Counted from the stretch's first letter, positions 9,561-18,599 are shown. The stretch is 64,000 nt of DNA from Bacteroidota bacterium (GCA_020161535.1 JAIUNW010000008.1:73908-137907); one strand, 5' to 3'. Notes: generated from the letters alone by a model not told the origin. Program-made: numbers and translations.

Positions 9561-10264
9561 GGCAGTTCTATGTTTAAATGAAATTTTTGAAGGGGTAAAT
9601 CTTTGTTGAAGCGATAGAGTTCGGGATGTCGGTTTTTCAGGTTGCCGCGTTTAGCGCCTGTTGGCAGGATATAACGCGCGTCGAGGAATTTTCTGCGAAA
9701 GTTTCTGCGGTCCAGTTCCCGGCCGAGTATGCATTCATAAAGTTCCTGGATGTCGGCGATGGTGAAATCCTGGTCGAGCAGTTCGAAACCAGTGGGCTGG
9801 TAAAGGATTTTTGCCTGTAGTCTTTTTAAGGCAGTTTGAATGATGTTTTGATGGTCGAAAGCTGGGTCGGGCAATTCGTGCACCGGAAACCATTTTACGT
9901 CATTGGCCATGGTGCCAGCCGCTGTTTTATAATTGGCTGGATTGATCAATGCATAGTAGGCAACGGCGATTACACGGCCGCGCGGATCGCGATCGGGCTG
10001 GTCGAAGCTGTACAACTGTTCCAGGTAAAGATTGCGCATGCCCAGTTTGCTGTCGAGGATGCGGTGGCAGGTTTGTTGAAATGTTTCGGTGAATTGGAGA
10101 AAGGCACCGGGGAGGGTCCACCGGTTGGCAAAGGGCGCTTCTTTTCGGTTGAGCAGCAATACCTGGAGCTGTCCCAACTGGTAACCAAGAACGACCAGGT
10201 CGACTGCCAGCGCGGGGTTTTGGTATTGATCGAAAGTTTTCAACTTAACGTCATTATGACGCAA
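9557..10264 (-). CDS. nrtR: Nudix-related transcriptional regulator (NrtR-like)
   Basis: Nudix fold with a degenerate Nudix box (GAFLQFTETFQQTCHRILDSKLG lacks the REx2EE glutamates), plus a C-terminal extension of about 90 aa compatible with a winged helix. There is a 4-nt overlap with nadV. Confidence 0.65.
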   Translation of the reverse strand: MRHNDVKLKTFDQYQNPALAVDLVVLGYQLGQLQVLLLNRKEAPFANRWTLPGAFLQFTETFQQTCHRILDSKLGMRNLYLEQLYSFDQPDRDPRGRVIAVAYYALINPANYKTAAGTMANDVKWFPVHELPDPAFDHQNIIQTALKRLQAKILYQPTGFELLDQDFTIADIQELYECILGRELDRRNFRRKFLDARYILPTGAKRGNLKNRHPELYRFNKDLPLQKFHLNIELP

Positions 10265-10402
10265 AGTAAAGCATAGAGTTTGGTATTTGCAAGTCCGGTG
10301 ACAAAAGTTTCATTGTCGAAATTGAAATAGCGGGAACTTTGAGCAGCGCTTTTGCCTTCACTGAAGGGTCAGGAACCACCTGGCTTCGATAAATTAGATA
10401 TT

Positions 10403-10702
10403 ATGGACAACAGTTTTGCCAGTCTGATCAATGGTGATCAGCCCGTTTTGGTGGATTTTTTTGCGGAGTGGTGTGGCCCCTGTAAGATGATGCCACCTAT
10501 TTTAAAGGAGGCGAAGGAGAAATTGGGGGACAGTGCCCGGATTGTGAAAGTGGATGTGGACAAGAATCCAGCCGTAGCTGCTGCCTATGGCATCCAGGGA
10601 GTACCGACCGTGATTTTGTTCCAGAAGGGTCAGGTCAAATGGCGGCAGTCGGGCGTTGTGTCGGCGCAGGTGTTGGTGAAGGCCGTAAAGGAATTGGGTT
10701 AA
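10403..10702 (+). CDS. trxA: Thioredoxin
   Basis: WCGPCK active site and thioredoxin length when started at MDNSFASL (ATG 10403). The track ORF begins at 10352. Confidence 0.9.
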   Translation: MDNSFASLINGDQPVLVDFFAEWCGPCKMMPPILKEAKEKLGDSARIVKVDVDKNPAVAAAYGIQGVPTVILFQKGQVKWRQSGVVSAQVLVKAVKELG

Positions 10703-10738
10703 TCGATAACGTCGAAGGATTGCCTAATCGATCATCAG

Positions 10739-11143
10739 TTAGCGGACAAATACTGACGAGCAACCTTCAATACAAGCCGGGTCGATGGGCGAGAGGGTGA
10801 GTTTATTGCCGTTCTCAGTTACCTTAAATGAAAATCGTGCATAGCCTTTTTCGGTGGGCAAGGGCTGGATTTCGACCGTCGTACTATCGATCATGATATA
10901 GCGGTTGGCGCCTGTATAAATGCCATTGGTTTGCAAAGTTCCGTTTTCAGCAAAAATCACCGAAATGCCAGTCGTGTCAGCAGGGTGCCATTCTTCTGGT
11001 CCGCCAATACTATAATAACTACCCGTAAACATCCATCCGCCATATAATTGAGCGCCGAGTCGGGTATCAGCTTTCTTTTCAGTCGATTTTCCGCAACTGT
11101 TTAGCAATACAAAAACTAAGCAAAGGCTGGCAAGCTGTTTCAT
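10739..11143 (-). CDS. Hypothetical lipoprotein (134 aa)
   Basis: Lipoprotein signal MKQLASLCLVFVLLNSCGKS. No recognisable family. Confidence 0.6.
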   Translation of the reverse strand: MKQLASLCLVFVLLNSCGKSTEKKADTRLGAQLYGGWMFTGSYYSIGGPEEWHPADTTGISVIFAENGTLQTNGIYTGANRYIMIDSTTVEIQPLPTEKGYARFSFKVTENGNKLTLSPIDPACIEGCSSVFVR

Positions 11144-11393
11144 AAAAAGGTTTTAAGTGAAATGATTGACAAAAAGGGTGGGTGTGCCGTTGCGTAGATT
11201 TAGTAGATTATTTTTTTATGTAACATATTCGCTTGGCTTGGTATGAATAGGGTTTCTTTATTAGTTGTAATAAAAAGATTATTTAAATCCATTATTAATT
11301 ATAAATCAATTCAATATAATCAATATTATAATAGTTTTATTTATTTCAAGATCTGTGCTTTTTACCATCTTAATGCAAAAATATTTTTTCAAT

Positions 11394-11416
11394 AAATACT
11401 AAATAATTTAGTATTT
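11394..11416. promoter_or_regulatory. Perfect 11-1-11 palindrome AAATACTAAAT-A-ATTTAGTATTT, candidate repressor (SOS/LexA-type) operator of the imuA operon
   Basis: Verified base by base: the reverse complement is identical except for the central base. It ends 7 nt before the GTG start of imuA. Confidence 0.45.
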
Positions 11417-11423
11417 TGCATTC

Positions 11424-12155
11424 GTGTCTGTGCTTACAACTGAAATAAAAAAGAAACTGGAGCAGGAAGTATTGGCTTTGGGTGGCTTTCGGCACCAGGC
11501 AAAAGAGGGGCTTCGGCGACCGGACCTGGGCTTGATCAACCAGGCTTTTCCAGGAGGGTTGTTTCCAGTGGGAGCGGTGCATGAATTTTTGCCAGAGAAC
11601 AAAGAGCAAATGGTGGCCAGCCAGGGTTTTTTGTCCGCCGTATTACCCGCCCTGATGGGGCCAGATGGGCTAGCTTGTTGGATAACAGCGAAGCGGGAAT
11701 TGTACCCACCGGGTTTGGCGCGGTTTGGGTTGGCGGCGGACAAACTGATATTTCTGGAGCTGCCCCGGGCGGTCGACCGGCTATGGGCCCTGGAAGAAAT
11801 GTTGCGTTCTACTTTAGTAAGTGCTGTAGTGGCTGAAACAGATGCAATATCCTTTGTACAGTCGCGTCGATTTCAATTGGCGGTGGAAGCATCAGGCGGA
11901 ACGGGCTTCCTGTTACGATCACCCAGTGCAACGCGATCAGTGTTGTCAACCATTGCTTCCTGGAAAATATCGGCTATTAAAAGTCGTATGCCTGATGGAT
12001 TGCCTGGGGTTGGCTTTCCTGGTTGGCGGGTGGAGATTCTCAAAGCACGAAATGGGCGTGCGGGTGTTTGGGAATTGTTTTGGGAGGGCAATGGATTTGC
12101 CTGCAAGGAGCTTACCGAATCTGGCGCTATTCATCGACTGAAAAAAATCATATAA
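11424..12155 (+). CDS. imuA: ImuA (RecA-fold SOS mutagenesis cassette protein)
   Basis: FPGGLFPVGAVHEF, LACWITAKRELYPPGLARFGL, LWALEEMLRS, SRRFQLAVEASGGTGFLLRSP, and its position directly upstream of imuB-dnaE2. GTG start. Confidence 0.8.
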   Translation: MSVLTTEIKKKLEQEVLALGGFRHQAKEGLRRPDLGLINQAFPGGLFPVGAVHEFLPENKEQMVASQGFLSAVLPALMGPDGLACWITAKRELYPPGLARFGLAADKLIFLELPRAVDRLWALEEMLRSTLVSAVVAETDAISFVQSRRFQLAVEASGGTGFLLRSPSATRSVLSTIASWKISAIKSRMPDGLPGVGFPGWRVEILKARNGRAGVWELFWEGNGFACKELTESGAIHRLKKII

Positions 12156-12156
12156 A

Positions 12157-13656
12157 ATGCAAAAGACATTTGTTTGTATATGGTTTAAATATTTTAAGAC
12201 AGATCGACTTTTGATTCGGCAACCCGACTTAAAAGACAGGCCGCTGGTACTTATCCGCAAAGAGCATGGCAAGATGTTGATCAGTGCGGCCAACGAACAG
12301 GTACTAAAACAAGGGGTTCAACACAACACTTCACTGGCCGATGCACGGGCCATCATCCCTGGTTTATTGTCGTTCGACGACCTGCCGGAAAAAGCGACCA
12401 CCTGGTTGAAAGCCCTGGCTGTTTATTGCAACCGGTTTTGTCCGTCGGTAAGCCTCTCCGGCACCGATACCCTTTTTCTCGATGTTACCGGTTGCACCCA
12501 TTTATGGGGTGGAGACGCACCCTACTTGCAGGCAATCCGCCAATGTTTTGCAGCCATCGGCTACCAGCTGCGTTTATCAATGGCTGACACCATGGGTGCT
12601 GCCTGGGCCCTGACCCGGTATGGAAAAGACGATCTTATTGTGCCGCCCCATCGGCAGATGGATGCAATGCTTTTGTTGCCACCGGCAGCATTGCAACTTG
12701 AAGCCGCACTCCTGGCGCGATTGGATAAACTTGGACTCAAAACCATTTGTCAATTGTTACAGTTGCCGCGGTCGGCCTTGCTGCGACGATTCGGGCAGGT
12801 GCTTCTCGACCGCATTGATGCCTGTTCGGGACAAAGAATGGAAAGTTGGGAGCCGGTTTTTCCGCCGGTTAAATACCAGGAACGACTGGCTTCGCTGGAA
12901 CCCATCCTCACCCGAACAGGGGTTGAAATGGCTTTACAGAACCTGTTGGAAAAAATTACTGCACAATTGAAGCGGGATGGCATGGGCATTCGACAAGCGG
13001 TATTCACCGGATTTAAAACCGGACATGAGCCCGTACAGATTGAAGTGGGTACCCAACTGGCGGTGCAGGATCCCCGTCGGGTTTTCCGTCTTTTTGAAAT
13101 AAAATTAGAGGCACTTTCGGTGGAGCCAGGGATCGACTCCTTTTTGTTAGATATCCCCCGAACTGATCCGGTAAAAGAAAAGCAGGAAAAAATCTGGCAA
13201 GGATCTGCGGAAAGAAACTGCGAGGAGTTGGCCGAATTGATCGACCGGATCAGCAACAAATTCGGCGCCCATCGGATCAGCCGGTTTCTGCCCGATGAAC
13301 ACCATTGGCCGGAACGCGCGTATCAAAAAACAAATCCACTTTTTGGGGGTGAGCAGGTTCAATGGCCTTCCATGGATAGACCCGTGGTTTTGTTATCGGT
13401 TCCCGAAGAAATCCAGGTGAGCGTGCCTGTGCCCGATTATCCGCCCTTGCTTTTTCGGCACAAGGGGCAAGTGCATGAGATCATTCAGGCCGATGGACCT
13501 GAGCGCATTGAACAGGAATGGTGGTTGCAGGAAGGTTTGTCGCGGGATTATTATATCGTGGAAGACAAAAATGGGCAGCGGTATTGGTTATTCAGATCGG
13601 GCAATTACGCGTCGGGTAGCAAACCCAGTTGGTTCTTGCATGGCTATTTTGGGTAG
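12157..13656 (+). CDS. imuB: ImuB, catalytically inactive Y-family polymerase homolog
   Basis: Y-family layout, but the N-terminal motif reads VCIWFKYFKTDRL instead of the D-x-D-x-F-F catalytic carboxylate motif. It starts 1 nt after the imuA stop. Confidence 0.85.
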   Translation: MQKTFVCIWFKYFKTDRLLIRQPDLKDRPLVLIRKEHGKMLISAANEQVLKQGVQHNTSLADARAIIPGLLSFDDLPEKATTWLKALAVYCNRFCPSVSLSGTDTLFLDVTGCTHLWGGDAPYLQAIRQCFAAIGYQLRLSMADTMGAAWALTRYGKDDLIVPPHRQMDAMLLLPPAALQLEAALLARLDKLGLKTICQLLQLPRSALLRRFGQVLLDRIDACSGQRMESWEPVFPPVKYQERLASLEPILTRTGVEMALQNLLEKITAQLKRDGMGIRQAVFTGFKTGHEPVQIEVGTQLAVQDPRRVFRLFEIKLEALSVEPGIDSFLLDIPRTDPVKEKQEKIWQGSAERNCEELAELIDRISNKFGAHRISRFLPDEHHWPERAYQKTNPLFGGEQVQWPSMDRPVVLLSVPEEIQVSVPVPDYPPLLFRHKGQVHEIIQADGPERIEQEWWLQEGLSRDYYIVEDKNGQRYWLFRSGNYASGSKPSWFLHGYFG

Positions 13657-13715
13657 GCTGGTTTATTAGTGAAGTCAGTTTTTGCATTCAGCTATTTCAG
13701 TTTTTGCTTTCAACT

Positions 13716-16700
13716 ATGTCATTTTGTGAATTACAAATAAGCAGCAATTTCAGTTTTCTTCGGGGAGCCTCGCATCCCGAAGAAATGGTAGATGCTGCTG
13801 CGGACCTTGGCTATCGTGCCCTGGCCATTACTGATCGAAATTCGATAGCGGGAATTGTGCGTGGACATGTTGCAGCCAAAAAAAAGGGCATTCGTATGTT
13901 ACCTGCTTGCCGACTTGATTTGCAAGACGCGCCTTCTTTACTCGCTTATCCGATGAATAAGCCGGGTTATGCAAAGTTGTGCACTTTGTTGACCCTTGGG
14001 AACCTACGCACTGAAAAAGGTTCTTGTTTATTGTATCGAAGCGACCTGGAAAAAGAAAATGAGGACATCCAATTTGCCTTGGTGCCACCTCGTCAGTTTT
14101 CAGAAAACTATGATTTTGCGGCCGATTTTTATACCGATGCTTCTTACTACCGCGAATTGTTGGGCAATCGATTATCGTTGGTAGTCGCTTGTGGTTACGA
14201 AGGGCAGGATGCAAAAAGATTGTTCCGTTTACAGACGCTGTCTAAAAAACTGGACATGCCCCTGCTGGCAAGCAACGATGTGTACTACCATGCTCCCGAC
14301 CGGAGACAGTTGCAGGATGTGCTGACCTGTGTGCGGGAAAAGACAACCATTCAGCAAGCCGGTTATTTATTGCACCGCAATGCCGAGCGACACCTGAAAG
14401 CGATTCATGAAATGAAGCGCCTTTTTTTGCATTATCCGGATGCGCTGAAACGCTCTTTGGAATTGGAGGAGATTTGTCAATTCTCGCTCGACAGCCTGGA
14501 GTATGTGTATCCGGAAGAGATTAAAAGTCCCGATCGAACGGCGCAGGAAGAACTGGTAGAGTTGACCTGGAAGGGGGCCAATGAACGTTTTCCCGAAGGC
14601 ATTGCTGAAAAAACACGGTTGTCGCTCGAGCATGAATTGAATTTTGTGCAAAAGAAAAATTACGCGTCCTATTTCTTGACCGTCTATGATATTGTGCGAT
14701 TTGCCCGTTCGCAAAATATTCTATGTCAGGGGCGAGGTTCGGCTGCCAATTCCAGCATTTGTTATTGCCTGGGCATTACTTCGGTCAATCCCAACAAATT
14801 TGATTTGTTGTTTGAGCGCTTTCTCTCAGCCGCGAGAGATGAACCTCCTGATATCGATGTTGATTTTGAACATGAGCGCCGCGAAGAAGTGATCCAGTAT
14901 ATCTATAATAAATACGGTCGCGACCGCGCAGCCATTGTGGCTACGGTAACGGAGTTACACCAAAAAGGGGCGATCCGCGATGTAGGGAAAGCCATGGGGT
15001 TGTCGGTAGATGCCATCAACCGATTAGCAGAGTCCATCTGGCATTTTTCAGACGAATGGTTTGAAGGAAAAAAAGTACGTGAGCAGGGTATGAACCCGCA
15101 AGACCCTCATTTGCGAAAAGTGCTTGACTTGACGCGACAGATGATGGGGTTTCCGCGACAGTTGGGGCAGCATACCGGTGGCTTTGTAATTAGCCAACAT
15201 CCATTGACCCAGCTTTGCCCGGTTTTGAATGCAAGAATGGAAAACCGGACTTGTATTGAGTGGAACAAAGACGATATCGAAGACCTGCGTTTTATGAAAG
15301 TGGATGTGCTGGGATTGGGGATGCTCACCTGCATTCGTAAAGCTTTTGACCTGGCGAAAAGTCATTATGGATTGGAATGGACCTTGGCGAATATTCCGCA
15401 AGATGTGCCGGCCGTTTATGATATGATTTGTGCGGCAGATACACTGGGCGTTTTTCAGATTGAAAGTCGAGCCCAGCAAACCATGTTGCCACGGTTAAAA
15501 CCAAGAGAATTTTATGACCTGGTGATTGAAGTGGCGATTGTGCGTCCGGGTCCCATACAGGGCGATATGGTTCATCCCTATCTGCGCCGACGTGAAGGAA
15601 AGGAGCCGGTTGAATACCCGAGTCAGGCTTTGAAAGAAATCCTGGAGCGAACCAAGGGCGTGCCACTTTTCCAGGAGCAAGCGATGAAAATTGCGATTGT
15701 GGCGGCGGGTTTCAGCCCCACAGAAGCCGATGGACTACGTCGCAGCATGGCAACCTTTAAGGCCAAGGGCAAGGTGAACGATTTCGAAACCCGGTTGATC
15801 AAAGGCATGCTCGCCAATGGCTACACCGAAGAATTTGCAAAGCGGATTTTTCGGCAGTTGGAAGGCTTTGGTAGCTATGGTTTTCCGGAATCGCATGCTG
15901 TCAGTTTCGCCCTGTTGGTATATATTTCCTCCTGGATCAAATGTTTCCATCCCGATATTTTTGCTACCGCGCTGCTCAACAGTATGCCCATGGGTTTTTA
16001 CCAACCCGCACAAATCATCAACGATGCGGTGAAACATGGGGTGGAGGTTCGACCGGTGGATATCAATTTTTCTTCTTGGGACAATGTGTTGGAAGAAATA
16101 GAAGCGGATCGTTATTCTCAGGCTGGTCAAATGGTATCGGTAGATGAATTGTTAAACCGTGCTTTAAAAGAGGATACTAACAGGGAAAGACAACCGAATA
16201 AAATAAAAGCGGTGCGGCTTGGTTTTCGACAGGTAAAGGGGTTGAAAGAAGAAGATATTCAAACCCTGGTTAAGAACCGGGCGGGTGGGTATCGATCGAT
16301 GAGTGTTTTTTGGGAAGCCACTCGTTTAACCCTGCCCACCCTGGAAAAAATCGCCGATGCCGATGCTTTTCGTTCCATTGGGCTCGACCGGCGACAAGCG
16401 TTATGGGAAATCGCCGCCTATCATGACCGGCCGGTAGCGCTATTCAAGGAACAGCAGCCCAGTGTGCCAGTGGAGAAAAACATCCAATTGCCCCTGTTGA
16501 CCGAATCCGAAAATGTAGTGTTGGATTATGCGACCACTGACCTAACGGTCCGCGCGCATCCTTTATCATTCATTCGTGATCAGTTGAATAGCCTGCGCAT
16601 TCTACCCGCCGCAGCGCTTAAAGACGCCAAAGACGGCGATCTGGTGCGTGTTGCCGGGCTGGTTCTTGTTCGTCAGCGACCCGGAACGGCTTCGGGTATT

Positions 16701-16988
16701 TGTTTCATCACCCTCGAAGATGAAACCGGTTTCAGCAACCTGGTCGTATTTGCCAAACTATTCGAAACCTTTCGCAAACCCATTCTTCAATCCAAACTGT
16801 TGATGGTGGAAGGAAAGCTGCAAATTGAAGGTGCGGTGATCCATGTTGTGCTGCAAAAATGTTATAACCTGAACCAACTGTTAAACCGATTGGTGCTACC
16901 CAACCGGGAAGAAATGCCACTGCTTACATTGAGTAAGAGGGATGAAAGGACTGCGTCGATGTTAACGATTTCGAGAGACTTCAAATAA
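13716..16988 (+). CDS. dnaE2: Error-prone DNA polymerase III alpha-type subunit DnaE2 (ImuC)
   Basis: N-terminal PHP domain (FCELQISSNFSFLRGASHPEEMV), polymerase core (DIDVDFEHERREEV, FQIESRAQ) and OB fold. The start is set at ATG 13716 rather than the upstream track start 13629. Confidence 0.9.
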   Translation: MSFCELQISSNFSFLRGASHPEEMVDAAADLGYRALAITDRNSIAGIVRGHVAAKKKGIRMLPACRLDLQDAPSLLAYPMNKPGYAKLCTLLTLGNLRTEKGSCLLYRSDLEKENEDIQFALVPPRQFSENYDFAADFYTDASYYRELLGNRLSLVVACGYEGQDAKRLFRLQTLSKKLDMPLLASNDVYYHAPDRRQLQDVLTCVREKTTIQQAGYLLHRNAERHLKAIHEMKRLFLHYPDALKRSLELEEICQFSLDSLEYVYPEEIKSPDRTAQEELVELTWKGANERFPEGIAEKTRLSLEHELNFVQKKNYASYFLTVYDIVRFARSQNILCQGRGSAANSSICYCLGITSVNPNKFDLLFERFLSAARDEPPDIDVDFEHERREEVIQYIYNKYGRDRAAIVATVTELHQKGAIRDVGKAMGLSVDAINRLAESIWHFSDEWFEGKKVREQGMNPQDPHLRKVLDLTRQMMGFPRQLGQHTGGFVISQHPLTQLCPVLNARMENRTCIEWNKDDIEDLRFMKVDVLGLGMLTCIRKAFDLAKSHYGLEWTLANIPQDVPAVYDMICAADTLGVFQIESRAQQTMLPRLKPREFYDLVIEVAIVRPGPIQGDMVHPYLRRREGKEPVEYPSQALKEILERTKGVPLFQEQAMKIAIVAAGFSPTEADGLRRSMATFKAKGKVNDFETRLIKGMLANGYTEEFAKRIFRQLEGFGSYGFPESHAVSFALLVYISSWIKCFHPDIFATALLNSMPMGFYQPAQIINDAVKHGVEVRPVDINFSSWDNVLEEIEADRYSQAGQMVSVDELLNRALKEDTNRERQPNKIKAVRLGFRQVKGLKEEDIQTLVKNRAGGYRSMSVFWEATRLTLPTLEKIADADAFRSIGLDRRQALWEIAAYHDRPVALFKEQQPSVPVEKNIQLPLLTESENVVLDYATTDLTVRAHPLSFIRDQLNSLRILPAAALKDAKDGDLVRVAGLVLVRQRPGTASGICFITLEDETGFSNLVVFAKLFETFRKPILQSKLLMVEGKLQIEGAVIHVVLQKCYNLNQLLNRLVLPNREEMPLLTLSKRDERTASMLTISRDFK

Positions 16989-17017
16989 GCAAGAGTTTAA
17001 GGTGTAAGGTTTAAAGT

Positions 17018-17899
17018 TTAAGTGATTTCGTGTTTGTTTATATCGATTTCAAACTCGTTAAAAGAGTCAGAGTTCGGTTGAATTGATTCCAGTGTCCGTT
17101 TAAATAATTCGTCATTTGGAAATTCCAAATGAATTTTAGTGCCTTCTTCGATGTCAGACTGAATTGCAAAAATACCTGATGCGTTCAAACACCTGCTTTT
17201 CATATTTTCAATTCCCTGCGAAATTGTTCCTGGTTTCTTTATGCTTGTATCAAATCCTTTCCCATCGTCGCAAATATCTATGAAGGTGCTACTATTCTCT
17301 TTATTGCACTTTATGGTTATATTTCGGGCATTGCCATGTTGGATGGCGTTTCGAATGGCCTCTTGAAAAATTCTAAATACATCTAACTGGTATTCGTAGT
17401 AAATCTTATCAAGTTCAAAATTGGCTTCACAGGAAACAGTTGTGTCGCATGCAATAGAGATACGTTCGATTTCCTCTTGGGTCATTCTATTAAGGCCAAA
17501 TTCCAAAACAATTTTCGGGTTCAAGCTTTTTGATATACCGGATAATGATTTCAGTGTGACAAGCGTCAACTCATTTAGTTCTTTATAATGTAATTTATTT
17601 TTTTCAGTGGGCGCGATTTCCAATACAGCCAAATTCATTTTAATTAAAGAGACAAGTTGTGTTACATTGTCATGGATTTCTTTACCGATGCTGATAAAAG
17701 AACTTTCCTGTGCATTGATTCTTTCTTCCAGTATCTTCTTCTCGCCCTCCATTGCCTGAAGTGCGGCTTCCTTCTGTAATACTTCTGTTTTACGATTATA
17801 GAGGTATAAAAACCAGATAATAGTTGCAATCTGGATTAATACACTGATTAATCCTAGTATTATCGATATGTTTACAATGGTTGTCGCTGTAGATTCCAT
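17018..17899 (-). CDS. Sensor histidine kinase, HisKA_3 (NarX/DesK-like) type, single N-terminal TM helix
   Basis: TM helix IVNISIILGLISVLIQIATIIWFLYLY, a coiled coil, H-box IGKEIHDNVTQLVSLIKMNL, N-box AIRNAIQHGNA, G1 DDGKGF and G2-like GIENMKSR. The start is set at MESTATT (rc ATG 17897-17899). Confidence 0.85.
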   Translation of the reverse strand: MESTATTIVNISIILGLISVLIQIATIIWFLYLYNRKTEVLQKEAALQAMEGEKKILEERINAQESSFISIGKEIHDNVTQLVSLIKMNLAVLEIAPTEKNKLHYKELNELTLVTLKSLSGISKSLNPKIVLEFGLNRMTQEEIERISIACDTTVSCEANFELDKIYYEYQLDVFRIFQEAIRNAIQHGNARNITIKCNKENSSTFIDICDDGKGFDTSIKKPGTISQGIENMKSRCLNASGIFAIQSDIEEGTKIHLEFPNDELFKRTLESIQPNSDSFNEFEIDINKHEIT

Positions 17900-18543
17900 C
17901 TGAAAGGAATGAAGAAGAATATATGTTGGATGATATTTGCGATTAAGAATGCGGGTTCGACCCAATGTGAATCAACGTGTATTTTATATAAGTTAGTAGA
18001 CAGTAAGTGCGCCACTAAGCCGATTGAGAACGGAATAGAACTAATATAACAAATCATAATTCCATATACAAACATATAATTGGTTGCACGAATTTGTTTG
18101 TTTACAGAATTTGGAAACAGCTCGTAGACTACAACCCTATAACAATGGTAAGATATTAATACGCCGGAGAGAAGATAATTTAAAGATAAATCGAAATCCA
18201 CTGCCTTAAAAATGTACTTAAGTGAGATTGGTATAGCTACTGCAATAATTAATGGCAGGGTTGGGTTATATTTCTTTGAAATGAGATTTGAAAGAAAAGA
18301 GGGCAGAAGAATTATTTCTGCAATAGTGAAAAACCAACTGACTACCATTCCCGTATAAATCGAAACTGTCGACCCTTTAATATCAATCCAAAGGTTAAAT
18401 GGCGCCGTTATAGCATCTGCTACACAGAATAGCACAAGTGGAAGTGGCACCAATTTGGCTTTTTTGTATAAAACACAAAAGTAAATTGCGTTAGTCAACG
18501 CGACTATAAATTGTATCAATGAAAGCCACAACATACAGTTCAA
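17872..18543 (-). CDS. 7-TM membrane protein, possibly a detached HisKA_7TM-like sensor module (copy 1)
   Basis: 223 aa with seven predicted hydrophobic helices. The 3' end overlaps the kinase start by 28 nt. It is a gapless paralog of 18777..19448. Confidence 0.7.
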   Translation of the reverse strand: MNCMLWLSLIQFIVALTNAIYFCVLYKKAKLVPLPLVLFCVADAITAPFNLWIDIKGSTVSIYTGMVVSWFFTIAEIILLPSFLSNLISKKYNPTLPLIIAVAIPISLKYIFKAVDFDLSLNYLLSGVLISYHCYRVVVYELFPNSVNKQIRATNYMFVYGIMICYISSIPFSIGLVAHLLSTNLYKIHVDSHWVEPAFLIANIIQHIFFFIPFRWNLQRQPL

Positions 18544-18599
18544 TTGCTATATATTTAAAAAATTTAAAAGCAGTTAAATCAGTTTTAGTCCACAAATGA

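Noticed and set aside
13629-13715. N-terminal extension of dnaE2 overlapping the end of imuB.
   Set aside because: The extension is a hydrophobic low-complexity peptide. The conserved PHP-domain N-terminus begins at the ATG at 13716.
16989-17017. Short GTTTAAG-like repeats (gtttaaggtgtaaggtttaaagtttaag) between dnaE2 and the kinase, considered as an attachment or direct-repeat boundary of the AT-rich islet.
   Set aside because: I could not find a matching copy at the other islet boundary (19449-19504), so there is no support for att-like flanking repeats.
17900-17965. N-terminal extension of the histidine kinase (MGRTRILNRKYHPTYILLHSFQ).
   Set aside because: It lies inside the last TM helix coding region of the 7TM gene in another frame. 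The ATG at 17899 gives a sensible TM-first kinase. The fused or frameshift alternative is reported separately as a finding.
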